Shown here: positions 48,356-56,581 of the stretch, piece after piece
Layout: the number at the start of each line of letters is the position of its first letter
Position numbering within the stretch: the first letter of the stretch is position 1
Assembly: GCA_045531035.1 (NCBI GenBank)
Contig: JAZSDF010000083.1
Span: 4,837 to 68,836 of the forward strand
Direction of reading: 5' to 3'
DNA: 64,000 bases
DNA from: Acutalibacteraceae bacterium
Lineage (GTDB): Bacteria; Bacillota; Clostridia; Oscillospirales; Acutalibacteraceae
The notes under the pieces: generated by a model
Databases searched by the model: none
The model's input: only the letters and a program-made list of their open reading frames with translations
Told to the model about the DNA's origin: nothing
Made by a program: the position numbers and the translations under genes

Positions 48356-49254
48356 TGAAAAACAGAGATGAATATATTGCAAGTATATATGAAAAAAGAA
48401 ATTTAAAAATTAAGGAACGCAAAAAAACAATTTCTGTTCTTACAAGTGTTTTATGTCTTGCTGTATGTTTTATTGCAGTATTTGCATTTGTACCGAAAAC
48501 ATTCGGCCAAAAATCAACAGTTTCTAAAATAACCACAAAAGAATCCGACAACTTGACACTCGCCGTACATTATCCTATATTAAAAACCACAGAAACAATT
48601 GAAGATGCATTTACCTTCAACGAAAAGTATTTAGTGAACCATAACCAGAATATTGAAGCTATGACAGATACTGACGGTGCAACAAAAAAAGCTAATAAGC
48701 AAGAAATAAAAGGAACTGTGATAAACGAATACGGACCAACAGATGACAAGTTTCAGACTGAAATTGCTGTTGAAACAACATTTCAAGCAAATTTCGGATA
48801 TATCGGTGAACCGTTTGATCCCGATTCGATTTCAAAACCATCCTTTGGAGGTTATCCGGATTTAGCACCCGCAGACCCAACGGAAGATTATGTTACTGAG
48901 GTTTCTGATCATTATTACGAAAATGACGAAACAACTAAATCAGCCACCGCAGAAAAGCCTAAATCATCCGAAGAAGCAATCGCAGAAGCAAAAAAATTTC
49001 TGTCTGAAGATGATGCTTCAAAAATCATCGATGAAAAAACACAGGTAACGATCACAAGAACCGCAAGCGGCAAAACAACATATACGGTATATTTCTATAC
49101 AAAATACAAATCATTTACCATCGATGTTGACGCAGTAACACTCAGAATAATCGGTTGTAAAGAAAAAAATCTTGTTTCCGGATCAGAAAGTTATATTTCT
49201 CCTCCCTGGTATCCCGAAACAACAGCCGCATTAAATGAATATAAACCCCAGTAA
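48355..49254 (+). CDS. Putative anti-sigma factor: short cytoplasmic helix, one TM, T/E/P-rich linker, C-terminal PepSY-like domain
   Basis: TAATG overlap with the sigma gene; TM ISVLTSVLCLAVCFIAVFAFV; SEEAIAEAKK...YTVYF...FTIDVDAVT..I pattern. Confidence 0.6.
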   Translation: MKNRDEYIASIYEKRNLKIKERKKTISVLTSVLCLAVCFIAVFAFVPKTFGQKSTVSKITTKESDNLTLAVHYPILKTTETIEDAFTFNEKYLVNHNQNIEAMTDTDGATKKANKQEIKGTVINEYGPTDDKFQTEIAVETTFQANFGYIGEPFDPDSISKPSFGGYPDLAPADPTEDYVTEVSDHYYENDETTKSATAEKPKSSEEAIAEAKKFLSEDDASKIIDEKTQVTITRTASGKTTYTVYFYTKYKSFTIDVDAVTLRIIGCKEKNLVSGSESYISPPWYPETTAALNEYKPQ

Positions 49255-49266
49255 GGAGGAAAAGAA

Positions 49267-50943
49267 ATGAAAAAAGCAGTTGTTATTATACTCGCATTGG
49301 TTTTATGTTTTTCATTGTTTGCCTGTGACAAAGATAACAGTAATGATATTATCGAAGAAATAACGCAAAAAATTGCAGAAACAGTTTCCTCAGAATATAC
49401 TACTGAAAAAACAAAAATTATTGAAGTAAAGCAAAACGGTGCAAGTGATGAACTCTATTTTCCGTTTTCCGAAGAAGATTCAAAGAAAGCAGAAAAAATC
49501 TTAAACAAATACGAACAAAAAATTGTTGAAGCAGGACGCGATTGTTTGTTTGACTTCCGTGTCAGAATTGACGGAGTTGAATATGCTTATCATTATGACT
49601 GCGGTTCTTTCGAAAACGTTTCTTCAGGTAATATCAAAGAGTTTCAGCTTTCAGAAGAAGACAAGGATGCATTTAACAGAATTCTTTTTGAATATGTTCC
49701 TCACAGCAGCCCTTGTCAGCCCATAGTTAATTTCACAGAACCTGAATCCGCAACAACTCCCGTAACTCTTCGTTGTGTTTACGACACGACAGAAGACTTA
49801 AGCTATACATTATCCAAATATACCGTTACAGCGGCTGATTTTTCAATCAACATGCTTAAAGAAGCAATAAAGCAAGAAACAAATGCACTAATATCCCCTG
49901 TTTCATTAATTACAGCTTTATCCATGACAGCTAACGGTGCAAACGGTGAAACACTTAAACAAATGGAAAATGTTCTCGGTGCAGATATCGAACAGCTTAA
50001 CCGAATATATTCAAAATCCACAGTTGACGGCGAAGGTGTTAAAACTTCAAATTCAATATGGATAAAAGATACCCCTGCATTAAAAATCAAGCAAGGATTT
50101 ATTGATACAAATAAGAAGCATTACGGTGCCGAGATTTTTAAGGAAAAATTCGACAGTTCGACGCTCAACAAAATCAATCGATGGGTAAACGATAACACGG
50201 ATGGCTTGATTAAAAACGGACTCAACGAACTGCCAACCGACGCCGTAATGTATCTTATTAATACAGTACTTTTTAATGCAGAATGGAAAAATAAATTTAA
50301 TTCAAACCAAGTAATTACCAATCAGAATTTCACATCTGAAAGCGGCAAAATTCAAAAGGTTACAATGCTTTCCGATTCAACGGATGCTAATGAATACAAC
50401 TATTTCAAACTCGGAAAAACAGAAGGAATAATCAGAGATTATACAAACGGTTATTCATTTGCAGCTCTGCTTCCGAATGAAGGGGTAAGCGTATCCGAAG
50501 CTCTGAACAGCTTTACAGGAAATCAGCTTGCTTATGCACTTTCAAAAAGATTAAACTCTTCCAATGATAAAGACGGAGTTTTTCTTCTTCTGACCAAAAT
50601 TCCGAAATTCGAATTCAAATGCAGTTTTAAGTTTGCCGACACTCTTAAAAAACTCGGTATGCCACTTGCGTTTGACCCTTCAAAAGCTGATTTTTCAGGC
50701 ATTAACGGGATCAAAGAAAACTCGCTCTATATCAGCGAAGTATATCATAACACAAGTATTTCTTTCACTGAAAACGGAACAAAAGCCGGTGCTGCATCTT
50801 ATGTTGAAATGAAATTTGGTTCCGCAAAGCCTCCAGAAAACGTCAAAAAGCTTTATTTCGACAGACCTTTCATTTATGTAATTTTCAAATCAGATTCAGT
50901 TACTCCCCTCTTTATGGGAACTGTAAGAGATTTTGAGAAATAA
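49267..50943 (+). CDS. Lipoprotein serpin
   Basis: Lipobox LFAC (Cys20); serpin motifs NALISPVS, INRWV...TDGLI, YLINTVLFNAEW, IPKF, ADFSGI, hinge ENGTKAGAAS, FDRPF. Confidence 0.95.
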   Translation: MKKAVVIILALVLCFSLFACDKDNSNDIIEEITQKIAETVSSEYTTEKTKIIEVKQNGASDELYFPFSEEDSKKAEKILNKYEQKIVEAGRDCLFDFRVRIDGVEYAYHYDCGSFENVSSGNIKEFQLSEEDKDAFNRILFEYVPHSSPCQPIVNFTEPESATTPVTLRCVYDTTEDLSYTLSKYTVTAADFSINMLKEAIKQETNALISPVSLITALSMTANGANGETLKQMENVLGADIEQLNRIYSKSTVDGEGVKTSNSIWIKDTPALKIKQGFIDTNKKHYGAEIFKEKFDSSTLNKINRWVNDNTDGLIKNGLNELPTDAVMYLINTVLFNAEWKNKFNSNQVITNQNFTSESGKIQKVTMLSDSTDANEYNYFKLGKTEGIIRDYTNGYSFAALLPNEGVSVSEALNSFTGNQLAYALSKRLNSSNDKDGVFLLLTKIPKFEFKCSFKFADTLKKLGMPLAFDPSKADFSGINGIKENSLYISEVYHNTSISFTENGTKAGAASYVEMKFGSAKPPENVKKLYFDRPFIYVIFKSDSVTPLFMGTVRDFEK

Positions 50944-50952
50944 TCAAACATC

Positions 50953-50986
50953 ACACCGTATCTATCTGATGCGGTGTAATTTTTTT
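50953..50986 (+). terminator. Intrinsic terminator after serpin
   Basis: ACACCGTATC-N5-GATGCGGTGT followed by AATTTTTTT. Confidence 0.7.
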
Positions 50987-51074
50987 ACTTTTTTTTAAAA
51001 AAACACTGTAAAAAAAGAAATAAAGTGCTATAATTGAATTATAAATTATTATTTCAGTTAAAAGGTGAGATATA

Positions 51075-52862
51075 ATGAAAAAAATTTTATCTGTTCTGTT
51101 ATCATTAACAACTGTGTTTTTATTTTTTTCTGTTATTACCGCCAACGCTTCAATCGATGACGGTTTAAGATTTTATTCAATTATAAACGAAAAACCGAGC
51201 TGCTATGGTTACTCCGACTATAAAATCATTGATGAAAACGGCACTGTGCTCGAGAGAAGTAAAGAATCGTATCTTCCCGAGATTAATCTATTCAGTTTAA
51301 TTAATGATTTACCCGAGCAATATGATTCACGGGAATACGGATATGTTACAGATATAAAATATCAGGGAGAATCCGGAATTTGCTGGGCATTTTCCTCAAT
51401 TTCAGCTCTTGAGAGTGACTGTATAGCAAACGGCTATGACACACTTGAAAATACAGATTATTCGGAAGCCCATCTTGCTTGGTTTTCAGGCAAAAGTTTA
51501 ACTGACAACGTAAATGACCCTACTTACGGTGATGGAATAAACTACGATTCACCTTATCTTATAGGCGGTAACTGGCGCATTGCAACAGCTCCTCTTGCAC
51601 GTTGGAGTGGAATAGCAAATGAAGTTGATTTTCCTTTCAACGGTTTTGAATTCCCTTCAGTTAGCGGATTTACTGAAGAACACAGATATAATAACGAAAC
51701 AGGAAAAGTAATTAACTCTGCAGAAATAATGCTTAATATGAACGATACAAAGCAATGGATTATTGACCACGGAAGTGTAACGGCAGCTTTTTATTATACT
51801 GATGAATTTTACAATAGTAATACAGCCTCACATTACAATAATCAATCAACATCCATCAATCATCAGATAAATATAATCGGGTGGGACGATAATTATTCGG
51901 CATCGAATTTTACTGAGTCGGCCAATCCCCCTGAAAACGGTGCATGGCTTTGCAAAAACAGCTGGAGTAATCATTGGGGAAACAACGGATATTTCTGGAT
52001 TTCTTATTATGATACAAGTCTGAACTATTTTGCAGGTTTTACTGCAAAAGAAATAAGTAAAAACGACAATAACTATACATATAACGGAACAATTTTCCCA
52101 ACATATTTCACTCACACATCAACAGTTCAATGTGCCAATGTTTTCAAAACTAAAAGCTGTGAAAAGCTAAAAGCAGTTTCTATTTATACCATGACTGATT
52201 CATGTGACGTCACCGTTAGTATTTATAAGGATATAAAAAGTAATTACACCAATCCGACTCAAGGCACTCTCGTTCTCAAAGATGAACTGTTTATCGACAG
52301 AGAGGGCTATCATACCATAAATCTTTCCAAATCAATCCAGCTTTTACCGAACTCTGTTTTTTCGGTTATTGTTGAGTGTTATAATCAAAATGGAGAAAGC
52401 ATCATTCCCTTTGAATATCAGAACGGTGATGTTAATTATTTCGCCAAAGAAGGTGAAAGCTATATTTGTTTAGGAAACAACACAACATCATGGATTGATA
52501 ATACACAGAGAGGTTGGGGAAATCTCTATATTCAGGCTTTCACGGAAAATCATCACTCTTTTATCACTGAAAGTATTCCTCCTACATGTCAGAATGAAGG
52601 AAGCGAAACAACATTTTGCGAGTACTGTAATACTGTAATTGAAAAAAACACTTTTAATAAAACCGAACACAAATACGGTGAATGGACCGAGTTTACTCCT
52701 GATGCAAAAGGAATTTCAGTAAGCAAAAAAATATGTTCAGAATGTGGCGATTCAATTACAAGGATAAACCGACCGGGCAAATCTGTCGATTTTAGAGAAT
52801 TTTTTGAAATATTAATCAAACTTATTAAGACTTTCTTTACTATTAATAAAAACATTATTTAG
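51075..52862 (+). CDS. Secreted papain-family (C1A) cysteine protease with lectin-like domain and Cys/His repeats
   Basis: Signal peptide ending in ANA; LPEQYDSR, QGESGICWAF (catalytic Cys), NH.INIIGW (His), KNSWS..WG..GYFWISY (Asn). TGcTATAAT at 51026-51034. Confidence 0.92.
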   Translation: MKKILSVLLSLTTVFLFFSVITANASIDDGLRFYSIINEKPSCYGYSDYKIIDENGTVLERSKESYLPEINLFSLINDLPEQYDSREYGYVTDIKYQGESGICWAFSSISALESDCIANGYDTLENTDYSEAHLAWFSGKSLTDNVNDPTYGDGINYDSPYLIGGNWRIATAPLARWSGIANEVDFPFNGFEFPSVSGFTEEHRYNNETGKVINSAEIMLNMNDTKQWIIDHGSVTAAFYYTDEFYNSNTASHYNNQSTSINHQINIIGWDDNYSASNFTESANPPENGAWLCKNSWSNHWGNNGYFWISYYDTSLNYFAGFTAKEISKNDNNYTYNGTIFPTYFTHTSTVQCANVFKTKSCEKLKAVSIYTMTDSCDVTVSIYKDIKSNYTNPTQGTLVLKDELFIDREGYHTINLSKSIQLLPNSVFSVIVECYNQNGESIIPFEYQNGDVNYFAKEGESYICLGNNTTSWIDNTQRGWGNLYIQAFTENHHSFITESIPPTCQNEGSETTFCEYCNTVIEKNTFNKTEHKYGEWTEFTPDAKGISVSKKICSECGDSITRINRPGKSVDFREFFEILIKLIKTFFTINKNII

Positions 52863-52874
52863 GGAGAGCTGATA

Positions 52875-53831
52875 ATGAATAAGAGCATAAAATTTTTATT
52901 TAAAACTGCAGGATTAGGTGCTTGTTTTGTTGGTGCGGCAGGATTCATTTGTTTCCAAGAAATAATGAACCGTAAAGCAACTCTATCTCAGAAACTCGGC
53001 ACAATTTTTGTCGGTCCTTCAGGACTTCCGGAAGATAATTCTGTAAATGAAGCAAAAATCGCATGGTTCTATAATCAGGTTCTCATCGAATATGAAATAA
53101 TAAACGAAAAAGGCTTTAAGCTGAAAGCCTATCTTCTTCCCGCAGAAACCAAATCGAATGTTTATGTTTTCTGCAGTCACGGTTACAGAGGCAACGGAAG
53201 ACTCGAATTTCAAAACATGGCAAAATTTTATCATGAAAAAGGCTATAATCTCTTTATTGTTGACCATCAGGCCGCCGGCGAAAGCGACGGAACATATATC
53301 GGATTCGGTTATCATGAACACAAAGATTGCTTCAGATGGCTTGATTTCATGAGAAACGAATTCGGAAAAGATATTCAGATTATTCTTCACGGAGTTTCGA
53401 TGGGATGTGCAACCGTAACAATGATGAGCGGAAACGACAGACTTCCCTCAAATGTTAAGTTTACGGTCGCGGACTGCGGTTATACATCCGCAAAAGATGA
53501 GTTTTTGCACAACGTAAATTCAATAAAATTCGCTGTGCTTCCAGTTATGGCTGTGGCAAATAAATTTAACAAGCTAGTTTCGGGATATGATTTCAAAGAT
53601 GCCAATCCCATAGAAGCCGTTAAAAATGCAAAGGTTCCGATGCTTTTCATTCACGGAAGCACCGACGATTTTGTTCCTACAAAAATGGCTTATGAGCTTT
53701 ATAATAATTGCTCTGCTTCCGACAAAGATATTCTGATTGTTGAAGGTGCATCACATGCTGAAAGCTACCCTGTTGACAGTGCTTCATATGAAGCAAAGAT
53801 TAATAAATTTGCAGAAAAATATATTATATAA
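52875..53831 (+). CDS. Membrane-anchored alpha/beta hydrolase
   Basis: Motifs HGY, GESDG, GVSMG, DCGY, IHGSTDDFVP, GASH. Confidence 0.9.
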   Translation: MNKSIKFLFKTAGLGACFVGAAGFICFQEIMNRKATLSQKLGTIFVGPSGLPEDNSVNEAKIAWFYNQVLIEYEIINEKGFKLKAYLLPAETKSNVYVFCSHGYRGNGRLEFQNMAKFYHEKGYNLFIVDHQAAGESDGTYIGFGYHEHKDCFRWLDFMRNEFGKDIQIILHGVSMGCATVTMMSGNDRLPSNVKFTVADCGYTSAKDEFLHNVNSIKFAVLPVMAVANKFNKLVSGYDFKDANPIEAVKNAKVPMLFIHGSTDDFVPTKMAYELYNNCSASDKDILIVEGASHAESYPVDSASYEAKINKFAEKYII

Positions 53832-53840
53832 GGGGTAAAA

Positions 53841-56348
53841 ATGACAAAGTTTATTAGTCTGATAATCAGTTTCTTTACTGTATTATCACTTGCAAGTGAA
53901 GGTCTTCCATATTTTTTTATACCTACTCTTGAGATTGATGCATCGGTCGGCATAAGGGAAGTATCAAGCAGAGCATCAGGTTTTCTTTATGGAATTGCTC
54001 AAAACGGTATACCTGATGCAGCAATGGTCGAAAGCATTGATATTTCAAGTGTTTCACAAAAGGTCATTGACGGATTACAGCATCCCATTGGCGATGTTGA
54101 TGAAGCTGCAAAAATGCTTGATAACTGCGAATATATAACTGTCTATCTTCAGGATAACTTTGACACATGGTATTATTGTTGGCAAGAAATAGAAGAATTA
54201 AGAAAAGCCGGTCAATATGACTGTGCGGATTTTGTCAGAAACAGATTTCACCCTCTTGTGACGGAAAGCATAACAAAGCTTCGTGATAAAGAATATGCTA
54301 ACAAACTTGTTATCTGTCCATACAACGAAGCTGATAATGCAGTTTGGTTTGGCACACCCTCAGATGACGGTACATGGCTTATATTTGACGATGCCGCAAA
54401 ACTCCGCTTTTATGAAGCATGGAAGGAAACATACACCCTTATTCATTCGCTATATCCTGAAGCTGTTATCGGCGGACCCGGTTACTGTGATTACGATAGT
54501 TATGAAATAAAGCATTTTCTTGAATACTGTAAGAACAATAACTGCCTGCCTGATATAATGATTTATCATGAGCTCGGAGAAAATTCATCGTTATATTGGC
54601 AAGACCATATTGATGATTATCGTTCAACAGAAAAAATTCTCGGAATTGACGAAATGCCGATAATAATAACAGAATACGGTACAATGTGTGAATGTGGTTC
54701 ACCTGCAGACATGCTCAAATATATTGTTTGCATAGAAAATTCGGATGCATATGCAAATGCAGCTTATTGGCGACTTGCAAACAATCTTTGCGATACTGCG
54801 GCAGACAACAACAGTCCTAACTCCAACTGGTGGCTTTTCCGTTGGTATGCCGATATGGAAGGAGATTTATTAAAATCTGATGTAATCGATATTCTTCATG
54901 CTGATTTTGCAAACGCAATTAAATACGGATTCGATCATTTTCATTATAAAAATTTTAACGGAATTGCATCTATAACCGAAGAAAAAAACAGAATCGATAT
55001 TATTTGCGGCGGATGTGATTACACAAGCGGTATCACTCTTAAGAATCTTGACAAAACAAACCTAGGGAAAAAGATAAATATTAAAATTGAAAGTGTATAT
55101 TACGAAGGGCTTTCCGGAATTGTCAACTCCCCCGTCGAAGTTTGTGAATATACTGCAGATGTTTTTTTGGGAAAAACAAGGATAAATATTAATAACCCTG
55201 ATCCTACAGCAATTTATCATGTAATTATTACTGAAGAAACTGACAGAAAAGAGGATTTTTTCAACAGCGATTTACCTGTCAGATATGAATTTGAAGAAGG
55301 TGTTCTTTCAGGTCACTCATATACATATGACAGCGCATACGCAACAACCGGACTTCAGAACGGAATGGTAGGCGGTCTGGAGAATTACGGCGACTCGGTA
55401 ACCGTTTATTTTGATATAACCGAAAACGGATACTATGATTTAAAGCTGATTTACGGCAACTCAAATGACGGAGACACTCCAGACGACAGAGACGATTCCG
55501 AGGCTTTGATGATAATAGACGGTGTGAACGAAACTCTTTTTCTGCCGAACACAATAAAAAGCGAATATACCGATAAGATTACACTTACACGTTATTTTGA
55601 AAAAGGCAATCACTCAATTACTCTTGCACATAAAAAAGGTACATTTGTTGTTGACAGTATGCTTATCGAAAAAAAACGTGATACAAATCAAATTACAGTT
55701 CTGAAAGATGCTGACAGAACAGGTACTAATAACAAATCGTATCTAGCTGTAGCACCGATTGACGGCTTCTATGAAATGAAATCCGTTGATGGCAATTTTG
55801 AAATTGACGGTGCTTCAGCATATACTGACGGAAATTCTATTGTATATCTGAGAAAAGGTCTTAATTACATCGATATAAAAACAAACAAAAGAACTGACTG
55901 TGTTATCAACAAAACACAAAACAAAGGATATTCATTTAAAATCAATGCAAATGAAATGACTGTTTCGGAATCAGCGTTTTTATCCGATGGATATATAGAC
56001 GGTATATCATGTGACGGCGGGAAGGCATCGTTTAAAGTGATTGTCCCTGAAACAGGAAATTACAGGGTTACAGTTTCATATTCAAACAACGATGAAGGCG
56101 GAGTTCACAGCTACAATGTTGACCTTATAGAAAGATATTTAACAGTAAATATAGGTGATAAAGCAAAAACTTTATGGTGCAGAAACACATACAGCTGGAA
56201 TACAATAAAAACAGCAACAATCAATATCGAACTAACAGAGGGTGAAAATGAAATCGTATTCTCAAATGATGGGTCTGTTAAGTTCAACAACAATGTTTCT
56301 TACGCTCCTCATGTTTTTTCAGTTACAGTCAACGATATATGCGAATAA
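53841..56348 (+). CDS. Exported GH39-like glycoside hydrolase with two CBM35/CBM6-like modules
   Basis: Motifs ASGFLYG, DGLQHP, PYNE (acid/base), YHEL, ITEYG (nucleophile), AYW; C-terminal RYEFEEG and GxYxxxxxYxN modules. Confidence 0.7.
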   Translation: MTKFISLIISFFTVLSLASEGLPYFFIPTLEIDASVGIREVSSRASGFLYGIAQNGIPDAAMVESIDISSVSQKVIDGLQHPIGDVDEAAKMLDNCEYITVYLQDNFDTWYYCWQEIEELRKAGQYDCADFVRNRFHPLVTESITKLRDKEYANKLVICPYNEADNAVWFGTPSDDGTWLIFDDAAKLRFYEAWKETYTLIHSLYPEAVIGGPGYCDYDSYEIKHFLEYCKNNNCLPDIMIYHELGENSSLYWQDHIDDYRSTEKILGIDEMPIIITEYGTMCECGSPADMLKYIVCIENSDAYANAAYWRLANNLCDTAADNNSPNSNWWLFRWYADMEGDLLKSDVIDILHADFANAIKYGFDHFHYKNFNGIASITEEKNRIDIICGGCDYTSGITLKNLDKTNLGKKINIKIESVYYEGLSGIVNSPVEVCEYTADVFLGKTRININNPDPTAIYHVIITEETDRKEDFFNSDLPVRYEFEEGVLSGHSYTYDSAYATTGLQNGMVGGLENYGDSVTVYFDITENGYYDLKLIYGNSNDGDTPDDRDDSEALMIIDGVNETLFLPNTIKSEYTDKITLTRYFEKGNHSITLAHKKGTFVVDSMLIEKKRDTNQITVLKDADRTGTNNKSYLAVAPIDGFYEMKSVDGNFEIDGASAYTDGNSIVYLRKGLNYIDIKTNKRTDCVINKTQNKGYSFKINANEMTVSESAFLSDGYIDGISCDGGKASFKVIVPETGNYRVTVSYSNNDEGGVHSYNVDLIERYLTVNIGDKAKTLWCRNTYSWNTIKTATINIELTEGENEIVFSNDGSVKFNNNVSYAPHVFSVTVNDICE

Positions 56349-56367
56349 TTTGTTGTCGAAATATGTA

Positions 56368-56396
56368 TTGACAAATTCACTCTTGAGGTATATAAT
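56368..56396 (+). promoter_or_regulatory. Consensus sigma-A promoter of the metK leader
   Basis: Perfect TTGACA-N17-TATAAT. Confidence 0.85.
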
Positions 56397-56416
56397 AAGA
56401 TGTCAATTGAATACTC

Positions 56417-56511
56417 CCTTATTAAGAGCGGCTGAGGGACAGGCCCTGTGAAGCCCGGCAACCTGTTAATTACAAGGTGCTAATTCCTGCGGTATAAACC
56501 GAAAAATAAGG
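56417..56511 (+). ncRNA. SAM-I (S-box) riboswitch aptamer
   Basis: P1 CCTTATT/AATAAGG; conserved AAGAG, GCTGAGGGAC-GGCCC, GGCAACC, GGTGCTAATTCC; lies upstream of metK. Confidence 0.95.
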
Positions 56512-56520
56512 TGTTTTAGC

Positions 56521-56553
56521 CCCGCCTAAGACTCCTTGGGCGGGTATTTTTTT
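56521..56553 (+). terminator. Riboswitch expression-platform terminator
   Basis: CCCGCCTAAG-ACTC-CTTGGGCGGG followed by TATTTTTTT. Confidence 0.85.
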
Positions 56554-56581
56554 GGTAATAATATTTGTGAGGTTATATAAT

